Assembly (NCBI GenBank): GCA_965242725.1
Contig: CBDESZ010000004.1
Location: 256,001 to 320,000, forward strand
DNA: 64,000 nucleotides
Direction: 5' to 3'
Origin: Alkalispirochaeta sp.
GTDB taxonomy: Bacteria; Spirochaetota; Spirochaetia; DSM-27196; Alkalispirochaetaceae
Below are positions 20,306-30,486 of this stretch, piece after piece (within the stretch, counting starts at the first letter, position 1; each line of letters starts with the position of its first letter). A model generated the notes under the pieces. The model had not been told where the DNA came from and ran no database searches. It saw only the letters and a program-made list of their open reading frames with translations. The position numbers and the translations under genes are program-made.

Positions 20306-21835
20306 TTACGGTAGCACGATACGCCGTATTTCAGCGACCATGTTAAAAACGAACCGGTAACGAGGATGGGAGGAGCCGCTCCGTCTCGGGGGAGGGACTC
20401 GCGATGGTGCCGTGCAGCGATGAGGGCCTCTTCATGATCGGGCTGAAACCTCCACGGTCAGCCCCATACCTGAAACGCGTCTGACCACGTCCCAGGGGAT
20501 CCCCCGGCTTGAAACGGCCGGGGAGTGGAGACGATTACCGGAATCGGGCAACCTCCCTGAGCTGCGCCGCAATCCCCTCCACATTCCTTTCCCGCAACGA
20601 TACCGAGGATGACGGGGAAGCGCACATCGGGACCAAAGCGGTCTGCAAAGGCGGCGACGACGGCGGCGACGCTCTCCGGAGTGTGTGGCGCCGTCAAGAT
20701 AGACGTCGGCGGATCACCTCTCCCCGACCGGGAAGGCGGGTCCCTCTCTACCGCATCGATGACGGCGTCCCGCGGAGCCACCGGCAAACTGCCGCACCTC
20801 GCATAATGTGCGATACACGGTCAGCGCCTGAATGATGTTCCTTCGCTGCACCGTTCCCACCATGCGTGGTGAAAGGGTGATGAAGGTATCATCGGGCTCC
20901 CGATCATATGGCGGAAGGAGAGCTCCGGGGATTTCGGCGTGTCCGCGCCACGGCAGGTTCCCCGGCGTCCGCCGTCTGTCTGATGGTGCGGCCGCTCCTT
21001 CAGACAAGACCGTTCCTTCAGACCCGACCTCCTCCTCGGCGGGAATCTCCGTGAGCGGAGCCTCCCGTTCCGCGGCGATCCGTCGAAAGACATCGGCCGC
21101 TTCATGCCGCTGGGCGGCGCATACGACGGGTACGCCCTTTTTTATGATTCCCGCCTTTTCCGTGGCGATCTTTTCAATCGTATCGCCCAGGTAGTCCGTA
21201 TGTTCCAGTTCTATTCTCGTGATAACCGCAACCTCGGGACGGCAGACGTTGGTGGCGTCAAGACGGCCCCCCAGGCCGGTCTCCAGGACGATCCAGTCGC
21301 AGCCGACGGCGGGGAAAAAGAGAAAGGCGAGGGCGGTGAGCAGCTCAAAGGTCGTCGGCAGATCGTCATCTTCCGTGCCCGCCCGGGAAATTTCCTCCAC
21401 GGCGCTCCATATGCGGTAGGTCGTTTCGGCGAGGGCGGACTCATAGGTGTCGCCCCCGGGCAATAACGCCGCGGCAGGATCGGTCGGTTCAACCACCTCT
21501 CCTGTCGCGCGACGGGGAGGAATAACGGAGAACCGTTCCCGGTATCCCGTGACGTGGGGCGACATATAGAGGCCTACGGTATACCCCGACGCCGCCAGCA
21601 GGGATGTGGTGTACGCCGCGGTGGACCCCTTGCCCTTTGAGCCCGCAATGTGGACCACCGGAAGTGTCCGCTCCGGCGAGCCCAGCTTTTTCAGGAGCGC
21701 TTCCATCCGTTCCAGACGGTAGAGGCGGAGCTGCGGCTGCAGCCGCTCAAGGTTGGTCCGTGATTCGAAATGGCGAAATCCGGTGTCCCCCGTCCAGCCC
21801 GGAGGAAGGACCGGCGATGTCCGTTGGCCCGCCAT
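20306..21835 (-). CDS. folC: Bifunctional folylpolyglutamate synthase/dihydrofolate synthase (C-terminal part apparently frameshifted)
   Basis: VVHIAGSKGKGST, YMSPHV..YRER, TTFELLTA, LETGLGGRLDATN, EHTDYLGDTIEKIATEKAGIIK, HTPES, terminal LVTGSF. Confidence 0.88.
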
Positions 21836-21836
21836 A

Positions 21837-23138
21837 TCAGTGCGGTCGCTTTCGCAGCGCCGCGGCGTGGGTGTAAAACCCCTCATGATCGGCGAGGGCG
21901 ATGACGTGATCGCGCATTTCTCTATAACCCTCCGGGGTGACCTCAATGACAGAAGATGCCTTCTGAAAATCCCGTACCGAAACGGGGCTCCAGGAATGGG
22001 CCCATCCGCCTGTGGGGAGTACCGCATTCGGACCTGTGGCGTAATTTGCCAGGCTGAATGCCGTATAGGGGCCGATAAGCACCTCGGCGGCGTTGGTGAT
22101 GCGCTGCGAGAGCGCCCGTCCGTCGGCGGCGTGCAGAAGCAGGTGCTCCGGTGCAAATTCATTCACCACCGCCACGGAGCGATCAATCCCTTCGGTAAGG
22201 ATGATGCCCCCGTATCCCTGAAAGACGTCGGTGAGAAATGTTCGCCGCGGTTCCGGAACGTCCCGGATCAGTGCGTCTATCTCCCGTGCGACCTTGTCGG
22301 CAAGCTCTTCGCTGTGGGTGACCAGCAACGCCGCGGAGTCACTGCCGTGCTCCGCCTCGATCATCAGATCCAGGGCGACGATAAAGGGATCGGCGGACTC
22401 ATCGGCGAGGACGATCGACTCCGAGGGGCCGGCGGGAAGGCCCGTATCAACGCGATCGGCGACGAGCCGTTTGGCGGCGGCCACATATGCGCTGCCGGGA
22501 CCGACGATCTTGCGTACAGCCGGTACCGAATCGGTTCCGAATGCGAGGGCCCCGATCGCCTGGGCGCCGCCGGACTTCACGATCTTTGTAACACCGCAGA
22601 GACGGGCGGCGTAGAGGAGTGCAGGATCAACCGAACCGTCCGGCAGGGGCGGTGTCGTCACCACAAGTGTGGGAACTTCTGCGAGCATGGCGGGGATCGC
22701 CAGCATATACAGCATGGAGGGGAAGCTCCCCCGTCCGCCGGGTACGTAGAGCCCGACACTCTCTATGGGCGTCCACCGTTCCGTGGCAAAAATACCGTCC
22801 CTGACGTGGACGGAGGTCATGGCGTGCTCCACCTGAGCGGAGTGAAAGCGACGGACGTTTTCTATTGCGTATTCCAGGGCCGCGACGACGGAGGGAGACA
22901 GGAGTCTTCCTGCGCGTTCAAACTCATCGGGTTGGACGATGACGCCGCGCCCTGACAGATCGGCGCCGTCAAACTCACGGGCGAGACGTATGAGCGCCCG
23001 ATCCCCCTCGGTGCGTACGGAATCGATAATGGGACGCACCGTCTCTTTCAGAGCGTCTATGTCGCTCTGCGATCGCCGGAGAATGCGTTCCTTTTCTTCC
23101 CCGGTGAGATTGTCCCAGCTGTATTTCTCTATTGTCAT
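21837..23138 (-). CDS. hisD: Histidinol dehydrogenase
   Basis: VGLYVPGG, GGAQAIGALAFGT, KIVGPGSAYV..AK, PAGPSE, EAEHG, APEHL, NYATGPNAVLPT. Confidence 0.95.
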   Translation of the reverse strand: MTIEKYSWDNLTGEEKERILRRSQSDIDALKETVRPIIDSVRTEGDRALIRLAREFDGADLSGRGVIVQPDEFERAGRLLSPSVVAALEYAIENVRRFHSAQVEHAMTSVHVRDGIFATERWTPIESVGLYVPGGRGSFPSMLYMLAIPAMLAEVPTLVVTTPPLPDGSVDPALLYAARLCGVTKIVKSGGAQAIGALAFGTDSVPAVRKIVGPGSAYVAAAKRLVADRVDTGLPAGPSESIVLADESADPFIVALDLMIEAEHGSDSAALLVTHSEELADKVAREIDALIRDVPEPRRTFLTDVFQGYGGIILTEGIDRSVAVVNEFAPEHLLLHAADGRALSQRITNAAEVLIGPYTAFSLANYATGPNAVLPTGGWAHSWSPVSVRDFQKASSVIEVTPEGYREMRDHVIALADHEGFYTHAAALRKRPH

Positions 23139-23590
23139 GACGGCGGATCGTACCACGTGGGCGCCCGTTTTGGCAGTAGCCGGGCGTGGGAGAGGTCAAA
23201 GGCGAAGAGAAAGAGCGCCTGGACGATGACACCGACTCCGTTACCGAGGAGAAACGGATCGTCCCGGAAAATGACGGTTACCGCCGAGCCCGCGATGAAA
23301 TATCCGATGTCGAGAAGTGTGTTCACCACAAGGAGCCGGCGCACCTTTAGCGTCTGTTCCACCTCGCGATACTCGTCGGGATACTTTTGACTCTCCCGGG
23401 AAGCGCGTAGAAAACCCCATCCTGCGAGGCCCGCGTCGATGAGGCCCCAGAGAATGGCGTGCAGGGCGACACCCCGGACAAATGGATGGGTAATCAGGAG
23501 GCCCGCGACGAGTCCCGTTCCGACCGAAAATGCCCCCCACATGAGGAGGCGTCGTGAAAGCGTGCGCTGAAATGCATAAATGTCCGCCAC
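23135..23590 (-). CDS. Small four-TM membrane protein of unknown function
   Basis: GTG start; hydrophobic helices LLMWGAFSV, WGLIDAGLA, NTLLDIGY, GVIVQALFLFAFD. Confidence 0.7.
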   Translation of the reverse strand: MADIYAFQRTLSRRLLMWGAFSVGTGLVAGLLITHPFVRGVALHAILWGLIDAGLAGWGFLRASRESQKYPDEYREVEQTLKVRRLLVVNTLLDIGYFIAGSAVTVIFRDDPFLLGNGVGVIVQALFLFAFDLSHARLLPKRAPTWYDPPS

Positions 23591-23657
23591 GAAGACACCA
23601 TAGTACGAAGTGCGGCGGGACGCAAATGCCGGGTCGGCGCCCGGCTTCCCGGTCCCG

Positions 23658-26150
23658 TCAGTCCGCCACGGCTTTCCGGCTCCGGTTTCGCAGCGCCGTA
23701 AAGGCGACGACGATCGCCGCGAGAATACCCGTCGCGGCAAGGACGGGAGCGCCCCGGGGGCCGGTGGCAGCCTGGTAGACAAGGGTGGCAACGGACCACG
23801 CCAGGAGGGTCAAATACCCGGCGAGCAGCCAGCCGTAGCCGTGTCCCATCTCCCGTATTGCCGCCCCGAGGGCGGCAACACAGGGAAAGTAAATGAGCAC
23901 AAAGAGGAGGTACGCGTATCCGCCGGGGCCGGAAAAGTGCCGGCGCATTCCCGCAAATACGGAATCCTCAACCTCAAGTTCTGCGCCCACTGCGGCGGCA
24001 TCATCACTGACAACCCCGAGCCCGAGGGGATCGGTGAGGCTCTCGTACAATCCTGCAATATTCTCCGGTATCGTCGCGAAGGCCGCCGCAATGCCGCCGC
24101 CCGGGTCAAAAGCGTTACCGTCATCGCCGGAGCCGTCATCGGGGGCGCCTTCATTCTGACTGTAGAGCGAACTCAAAGTTCCGACGATCGCCTCCTTGGC
24201 AAAGAGTCCGGTAAAGAGGCCTACCGTCGCCGGCCAGTTGTCCTTCTCGATACCCATGGGGGTAAAGACAGGGGTGATCGTACGACCGATGGAGGAGAGT
24301 ACGGATGTATCGGAATCTTCGTTTCCAAAGGTACCGTCGGTACCGAGGGAGTTGAGAACCGCCAGAATGGTAACGACCATGGTGATCGTTGTTCCGGCGC
24401 GCACAACAAAGATACGCAACCGCCGTCCCGCAGAACGGGCGATCATCCACAGACGTGGTGCGTGATACGGCGGCAGCTCCATGACAAAGTGGGAGTACTC
24501 GCCGCCAAAAAGGGTAAACTTCAGGAGCAGTCCGGTGAGCATCGCCAGAATGATTCCCGCCACATAGAGGGAAAATACCACCAGACCCGAGCGACCGGGA
24601 AAGAGGGCGGCCGCAAAGAGGGCATACACGGGAAGTCGGGCGCCGCAGCTCATGAAGGGCGCCATGAAGATCGTCATGAAGCGGTCCTTCCTGGTATCGA
24701 GGGTGCGGGTACCGGAAATGGCGGGAACGGTGCAGCCGAAGCCGACGAGCATGGGTACGAAAGACTTGCCCGGAAGTCCCACCACGCGCATGACCCGATC
24801 CATCACAAAGGCGGCCCGGGCCATATATCCCGAGTCCTCCAGGAGGGAGAGCATGAAGAACATCATGAAGATGATGGGAATAAAGGTCGCCACCGTCTGG
24901 ATGCCCGCTCCTATGCCGTCGGCAAGGACGCCAACCATCCACGGGGGAGCGCCTACAGCACCGAGAAGCGCGCCTGCTCCGTCGACAAAGATCGTTCCAA
25001 AGAGAATGTCAAAGAAGTCTATGAATGCGCCGCCGAAGGAGATTGTTGACCAGAAGACAAGGTACATGGCGGTAAGAAAAACGGGTACCCCCAGCCACCG
25101 GTTCATGACGACGTTGTCGATCTTTTCGGTGATGGATTCCCGGGAGGGCTTGCGGGTGATCACATCCCGGCTGATACCGTGAATGAAACCGTAGCGGCCG
25201 TCGGCAATGATAATGTCCGGCTCCTCCCCGAGTTCCCGTTCCAGGGCCTTTCTGGATTCTATAACCCCTTCGGGCGGGAGCAGCCGGTCGGAAAAAACAG
25301 ACTCTTCCAGGGATTCGTCACCCTCCAGAAGTCGCAACGCCGCATATCTCGCCGGCAGACCCGTAGCGGAACGGAGCGGTTCCAACGACGGTTTCCACGC
25401 GGAAATGATCGTTTCCACCTCGGAAGGATAGGAAATATGCGCCTCGGGACGGGGCGGATTCTCAAGGGCGGCCTGAAGGGCGTGCCGAATGGTGACAATA
25501 CCTTCCCGGGTTGTGGCGTTCACCGGTACGACGGGACATCCCAGATGAACCGCCAGATGCGCTGCGTCGACGGTCATTCCGGCGGCAGCGGCGCGATCGA
25601 TCTTGGTCAGCACCACGAGAAGGGGAACCTCCAGCTCGATGAGCTGCAGCGTCAAATAGAGGTTGCGCTCCAGATTTGAGGCGTCCACCACGCTTACAAC
25701 GATGTCGTAATTGCGCTGAAGGATGAAATCCCGGGCCACCCGCTCGTCTTCACTTGACGCGCTGAGGGAGTAGATGCCGGGAAGATCGACCACCTCGACG
25801 GACGTGCGGAATGTACGGTCCGCCCGGGACGCGCGTGAGAGGCTTTCCAGCTCCGCCACCGCCCGGACCCGACGGGAGACGCCGACAGGTGTGTCATCTG
25901 TAGGCGACTCCCGTCCGGTTTCACCTTCACCCGTACCGCCCGCGCCCGTCCCATGCCTCGCACCGTGCCCGACGGCCATGGCGAGGGAGGGAGCGGAGAG
26001 AAACATCGTTCCCGACCGCTTTTCCACCGTGACGCCGGGCCAGTTGCCCACCCGTTGGTGTGATGCGGTGAGTCCGTTGAAGACTGTTGTCTTGCCGCTG
26101 TTGGGGTTGCCCACCAGTGCCACCGCCGGTGTCTGAGAGGTGACGTTCAT
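23658..26150 (-). CDS. feoB: Ferrous iron transport protein B
   Basis: GNPNSGKTT, VGNWPGVTVEK, DLPGIYSL, ERNLYL, LEDSGYMARAA, GFGCTVPA, MELPPYH, YFPCVA. Confidence 0.97.
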   Translation of the reverse strand: MNVTSQTPAVALVGNPNSGKTTVFNGLTASHQRVGNWPGVTVEKRSGTMFLSAPSLAMAVGHGARHGTGAGGTGEGETGRESPTDDTPVGVSRRVRAVAELESLSRASRADRTFRTSVEVVDLPGIYSLSASSEDERVARDFILQRNYDIVVSVVDASNLERNLYLTLQLIELEVPLLVVLTKIDRAAAAGMTVDAAHLAVHLGCPVVPVNATTREGIVTIRHALQAALENPPRPEAHISYPSEVETIISAWKPSLEPLRSATGLPARYAALRLLEGDESLEESVFSDRLLPPEGVIESRKALERELGEEPDIIIADGRYGFIHGISRDVITRKPSRESITEKIDNVVMNRWLGVPVFLTAMYLVFWSTISFGGAFIDFFDILFGTIFVDGAGALLGAVGAPPWMVGVLADGIGAGIQTVATFIPIIFMMFFMLSLLEDSGYMARAAFVMDRVMRVVGLPGKSFVPMLVGFGCTVPAISGTRTLDTRKDRFMTIFMAPFMSCGARLPVYALFAAALFPGRSGLVVFSLYVAGIILAMLTGLLLKFTLFGGEYSHFVMELPPYHAPRLWMIARSAGRRLRIFVVRAGTTITMVVTILAVLNSLGTDGTFGNEDSDTSVLSSIGRTITPVFTPMGIEKDNWPATVGLFTGLFAKEAIVGTLSSLYSQNEGAPDDGSGDDGNAFDPGGGIAAAFATIPENIAGLYESLTDPLGLGVVSDDAAAVGAELEVEDSVFAGMRRHFSGPGGYAYLLFVLIYFPCVAALGAAIREMGHGYGWLLAGYLTLLAWSVATLVYQAATGPRGAPVLAATGILAAIVVAFTALRNRSRKAVAD

Positions 26151-26380
26151 GATCCCACCTCCACCATTACGATTTCTCCTTCAGCTTTCCTGAGGGAAAG
26201 ACGGAACCCCCGTATTTCCAGTTCTATCGGATCGCCGAGGGGTGCGTAGCGCACCACGGAAAAGGGCGTGCCCGGGGTCACTCCCATGGACAGCAGCTTT
26301 GAACGGTACGCAGGCGCGCCCCTGGATATTGCGGTGATGGTGCCTTTGGCACCGGTATGAAGTGAGGTCAGGGGAACCAT
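26147..26380 (-). CDS. feoA: Ferrous iron transport protein A
   Basis: KLLSMGVTPG...APLGDPIELEIRGFRLSLRKAE. ATGA overlap with feoB. Confidence 0.95.
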   Translation of the reverse strand: MVPLTSLHTGAKGTITAISRGAPAYRSKLLSMGVTPGTPFSVVRYAPLGDPIELEIRGFRLSLRKAEGEIVMVEVGS

Positions 26381-26410
26381 GAAACCCTCCGTATTAGTAA
26401 AACAGAATTA

Positions 26411-26428
26411 AGTTAGGCTTAGCTAACT
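26411..26428. promoter_or_regulatory. Candidate DtxR/SirR-family metal repressor operator upstream of feoAB
   Basis: Perfect inverted repeat AGTTAG-gcttag-CTAACT in an AT-rich patch about 30 nt upstream of feoA. Confidence 0.6.
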
Positions 26429-26542
26429 ATATCGGGGCAACCGGATCACGTCAAGAAAAAAGCGGCCCACCGCCCCTTCTGGAAGTGTGGAGGTGAAATG
26501 TGTTACCTTTTCGGTCATAGACCGAATAAAGGAGAGCCAAGA

Positions 26543-27721
26543 ATGATCGTGAAACCGATGATCCGCAACAATATATGCATGAACGCCCATCCCGAGGGGT
26601 GCGCGGAAAACGTCCGCCGACAGATTGCCTACGTCCGCAGTCAGGGTGCCTTTGAAGGGCCTAAGAACGTTGTCGTCATCGGAGCGTCCGGAGGATACGG
26701 ATTATCATCGCGAATTGCGGCAGCTTTCGGCGCCGGAGCAAAGACGATCGGAGTCTCCTTTGAAACGCCGGCAAAGGGCAGCCGTACCGCCTCGGCCGGG
26801 TGGTATCAGGACCTTGCCTTCCGGGAAGAGGCGGAGAAGGCGGGGCTCGTCCATCGGAGCTTCATAGGCGACGCATTTTCCCACGAGACCAAGAGCCAGG
26901 TGGTCGAGGCGGTAAAGGAATTGATGGGAAAGGTGGATCTGGTGATATACAGTCTCGCCTCGGGCGTGCGGGTGGATCCCGATACGGGCGAAATGTACCG
27001 TTCCTCCCTCAAACCGATCGGCAAGCGCTATGAATCGGTCACCCTGGACGGAAAGACGGGTGAACTCAAGCCGGCGGCAATCGATCCCGCCACCGATGAG
27101 GAGATCGAGCAGACGGTGAAAGTCATGGGCGGCGAGGACTGGAATCTGTGGATCGACGCATTTGAAGATGCCGGCATCCTCGCGGATGACGCGATAACCC
27201 TTGCCTACTCATATATCGGGCCGGACATCACCTTTCCCCTCTACCGTGACGGAACGATCGGCCGGGCAAAGGAACATCTGGAAGAGACGGCACGCACCCT
27301 GGACCGGCGCATGCGGGAGCGGGGCGGTCACGCATGGGTCAGCGTCAACAAGGCGCTGGTGACGCGGGCGAGCGCGGTCATACCCGCCGTTCCCCTCTAC
27401 CTTGCCATCCTGTATCGCGTCATGAAGGAAAAAGGTATCCATGAAGGGACGATCGAGCAAATGTACCGCATGCTCAACGACCGTATATATTCCCAACTGG
27501 GCGACGGCGCCGCCGTTCCCGTGGACGAAGAGGAACGGATCCGCATGGATGACTGGGAAATGCGGGAGGACATCCAGCGGGAGGTCCGTGTCGCCTGGGA
27601 CAAGGTAAACGAAGAGAATCTGGCAAAACTGGCGGACCTTGAAGGATTTCAGAGGGATTTTCTCCAGATCCACGGCTTCGAATTTGACTCGGTCGACTAC
27701 GAGGCTGATATCGAGGTATAG
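26543..27721 (+). CDS. fabV: Enoyl-ACP / trans-2-enoyl-CoA reductase FabV (Ter)
   Basis: MIVKPMIRNNICMNAHP.GC, IGASGGYGLSSRI, YSLAS, VMGGEDW, YSYIG, GTIGRAK, NKALVT.AS, KGIHEG.IEQ. AAGGAG RBS. Confidence 0.95.
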   Translation: MIVKPMIRNNICMNAHPEGCAENVRRQIAYVRSQGAFEGPKNVVVIGASGGYGLSSRIAAAFGAGAKTIGVSFETPAKGSRTASAGWYQDLAFREEAEKAGLVHRSFIGDAFSHETKSQVVEAVKELMGKVDLVIYSLASGVRVDPDTGEMYRSSLKPIGKRYESVTLDGKTGELKPAAIDPATDEEIEQTVKVMGGEDWNLWIDAFEDAGILADDAITLAYSYIGPDITFPLYRDGTIGRAKEHLEETARTLDRRMRERGGHAWVSVNKALVTRASAVIPAVPLYLAILYRVMKEKGIHEGTIEQMYRMLNDRIYSQLGDGAAVPVDEEERIRMDDWEMREDIQREVRVAWDKVNEENLAKLADLEGFQRDFLQIHGFEFDSVDYEADIEV

Positions 27722-27731
27722 TGGGAGACAC

Positions 27732-29621
27732 ATGAAATTCGATGAATTAAAACTTGACAACGAGATTCTTTCCGGCGTCGCCGCCGCCGGATTTGAAGAG
27801 TGCACGGAAGTGCAGGCCCGGGTCATTCCCCACATCATTGACGGCAAGGACGTCATGGTGCAGTCCCAGACGGGGACGGGCAAGACGGCGGCATTCCTGC
27901 TCCCGGCGTTTCAGCTGCTCCTTCACAACGCCGACTTCGCGGAGAAAAAGGTCCTCATCGTCGCCCCCACGCGGGAGCTGGCGGTACAGATAAAGGAAGA
28001 GGCGGACATGCTCGCCGAAAATCTGCCCCTGAAGACCGACGTCTTTCACGGCGGCGTCGGCTACGGCGGTCAGGAAAAGGCGCTCCGGGAGGGACTGAAC
28101 ATTATAGTGGGAACGCCGGGCCGCATACTGGACCTCAGCCAGACCGGTACGATGAACCTCAAAGAGGTGGGTATCATGGTCATCGACGAGGCGGACCGTC
28201 TCTTCGACATGGGATTCTATCCGGACATCCGCAAAATGATGCGCCGCATGCGCCCCCGGGAAGAGCGGCTTAACATGCTCTTCAGCGCAACCCTCAGTAC
28301 CCGGGCCCGGAACATCGCCTGGGAATACATGAACGATCCGGTTGAAATAGAAATACAGCCCCAGCAGATCACCGTGGACAAGGTAAAGCAGACGCTCTAC
28401 CACGTCTCCTCGGAAGAGAAGATGTCGGTACTCCTGGGACTCCTCAAGCAGAAAAAGCCTAAAAATGCAATCGTCTTTACCAACACCAAGCGCGCGGCTG
28501 AACAGGTCTCCAAGCGGCTGGAAATCAACGGATATCCCTCCGAGTTCATCATGGGAGACCTGCCCCAGCGCAAGCGCCTTGCCATCATCCGCAAGATCAA
28601 GGCGGGCGAGGCGGAGTTTCTCGTAGCCACGGACGTCGCCGCCCGGGGATTACACATTGACAACCTTGAAATGGTGATCAACTACGACCTTCCTGAAGAC
28701 CCGGAAGCGTACGTACATCGCATTGGCCGTACCGCCCGCGCCGGAGAGAGCGGCGAGGCGGTAACCCTGGCGTGTGAACACTACGTCTTCGGCCTGGAAT
28801 CGATAGAAAGCCTTATCAACCAGAAGATCCCCGTCGCGGAACTCACCGACGAGCTTCACGCCGAGGACGCAAGCGCCGGAATGCGCATACAAATGGACCG
28901 GGACAGCAGGGACAACAGGAGTGACGACCGCCGCGGCCGACCGGGCCGGGGTGGACGCACCGGCGGCCGCTCAAGCGGACGATCCGAGGGCAGACGTGGC
29001 GACAGCCACCGGGGCGGAGACACCCGTCGCTCCGAGGGTCGCCGCAGCGGAGAAAGCCGGCGCGGTACCGAGACGCGGGGAGGGGAAGCACGTCGCGCCC
29101 CTGATACCCGTCGTGGCGACTCCCGTCGCGGTGACTCCCGGCGCACGCCGGACCGCCGTCCCGAACGGCGCCCCGATCCCGCAGCCGCAGGAGCTCCAAA
29201 GGCGAGCGACAGCCTGGAAGAACGGCTTGCCTATTACCGTCGCAAGTACGGCGAGGACTTCCAGCCCACCGATGAAATGCTCGCCAGCATGCAGGGCGAC
29301 AACGGTGGCGGCAAACGACGCCGCTCCGGCTCAAGCCGTCGGTCCCGTAAAAACGGCGGTAACCGCGGGCAGAAGCAGGGCGCATCCCGGGATTTCTCGG
29401 CCAGGCAGCAGGGCACCGGAAAAGAGAACGCAGCTTCACCTTCGCGTGACCGGAAGCGCGACGGCGCTCCCGAGGCAAAGGGAAAGGCCGCGAGCGCCAA
29501 AAGGTCCGCCTCACCGGGCGCTGCCCGCAAGGGTGAAGGCCCGACGCCGGCGGAACAAGGTGACTCTACGCCCAAAAAGAAAAAGGGCATCCTCGGAAAG
29601 CTGAAATCCTTCTTCGAGTAA
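27732..29621 (+). CDS. DEAD-box RNA helicase (RhlB-like) with long Arg/Gly-rich disordered tail
   Basis: SQTGTGKT, PTRELA, TPGR, DEAD, SAT, ATDVAARGLH, YVHRIGRTARAG. Confidence 0.93.
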   Translation: MKFDELKLDNEILSGVAAAGFEECTEVQARVIPHIIDGKDVMVQSQTGTGKTAAFLLPAFQLLLHNADFAEKKVLIVAPTRELAVQIKEEADMLAENLPLKTDVFHGGVGYGGQEKALREGLNIIVGTPGRILDLSQTGTMNLKEVGIMVIDEADRLFDMGFYPDIRKMMRRMRPREERLNMLFSATLSTRARNIAWEYMNDPVEIEIQPQQITVDKVKQTLYHVSSEEKMSVLLGLLKQKKPKNAIVFTNTKRAAEQVSKRLEINGYPSEFIMGDLPQRKRLAIIRKIKAGEAEFLVATDVAARGLHIDNLEMVINYDLPEDPEAYVHRIGRTARAGESGEAVTLACEHYVFGLESIESLINQKIPVAELTDELHAEDASAGMRIQMDRDSRDNRSDDRRGRPGRGGRTGGRSSGRSEGRRGDSHRGGDTRRSEGRRSGESRRGTETRGGEARRAPDTRRGDSRRGDSRRTPDRRPERRPDPAAAGAPKASDSLEERLAYYRRKYGEDFQPTDEMLASMQGDNGGGKRRRSGSSRRSRKNGGNRGQKQGASRDFSARQQGTGKENAASPSRDRKRDGAPEAKGKAASAKRSASPGAARKGEGPTPAEQGDSTPKKKKGILGKLKSFFE

Positions 29622-29654
29622 TATCGCCCGTGACACCGCGCTGAACATATCGCC

Positions 29655-30473
29655 ATGCCCCTGGAACTGATCGTCGCCTTCTTTGTCACCGCCGTCCTCT
29701 ACAGCTCCGTAGGGTTCGGCGGCGGCTCAACCTACTCGGCAATCCTTCTGGAGACGGCGCTGCCGGCACCGATGATTCCCCTGGTGAGCCTGCCCTGTAA
29801 CATCGTCGTCTCCGGCACCGGATTCATACGCATGGTCCGACGGGGCGCCGTACCGGGGCGGACGATCGCCGCCATCGTCCTGTTATCGGTACCCGCCGCC
29901 TTTGCCGGGGGCATCACCCCCGTATCACGCACCGTCTTTCTTACGCTCCTTTCGGTCATCCTTCTCTACGCGGGCATCATGGGCATATTCCAGGGAATCC
30001 GCCGGGAGCGGGGCACCTCAAAGGCCTCAACAGCCGCAACGGTCTCAATACCGGCCACGATACCGGGCGGAGAAATCGTCCAGGGCGTCCGCCCGCCGAT
30101 GCAGATCATCATCGCCGGCGCCCTCATCGGTTACGTCTCGGGAATCGTCGGCATCGGCGGCGGCATCCTCCTCTCGCCCATCCTCCAGCGGGAAGGCACC
30201 ATTCCGCCCCGTCAAATCAGCGCCGTATCGGCGGGATTCATCTTCCTCAACTCCCTCGCCGCCCTCTCGGGAAAATACCTCGCCTTCATCGCCTCCCCGG
30301 ACGGCCTCGCCGACCTCCGGCAGGGTCTCCTCCTCGTCGCCTTCCTCATTCCGACGGTCCTCCTCGGCGGCTACATCGGCTCCACCGTCGCCGTCCGCGG
30401 CCTCACCCCCGGCCGCCTGCGCATCCTCACCGGCGTCCTCCTCGTCGTCGTCGCCCTGCGCGCCCTCTTCTGA
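29655..30473 (+). CDS. TauE/SafE (TSUP) family exporter
   Basis: Two repeats of the GxGGG signature (SSVGFGGGS; GIVGIGGGILLSP); about 8 TM segments. Confidence 0.85.
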   Translation: MPLELIVAFFVTAVLYSSVGFGGGSTYSAILLETALPAPMIPLVSLPCNIVVSGTGFIRMVRRGAVPGRTIAAIVLLSVPAAFAGGITPVSRTVFLTLLSVILLYAGIMGIFQGIRRERGTSKASTAATVSIPATIPGGEIVQGVRPPMQIIIAGALIGYVSGIVGIGGGILLSPILQREGTIPPRQISAVSAGFIFLNSLAALSGKYLAFIASPDGLADLRQGLLLVAFLIPTVLLGGYIGSTVAVRGLTPGRLRILTGVLLVVVALRALF

Positions 30474-30486
30474 GTTCTCTCTTTTT

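Noticed and set aside
10900..20830. Apparent mass pseudogenisation (add, beta-propeller, murD, FecR protein, Memo-like, NFACT, folC)
   Set aside because: Breaks are single-base indels, mostly in homopolymer runs, hitting essential genes such as murD and folC while motifs remain intact. Best explained by long-read consensus error in a low-coverage stretch.
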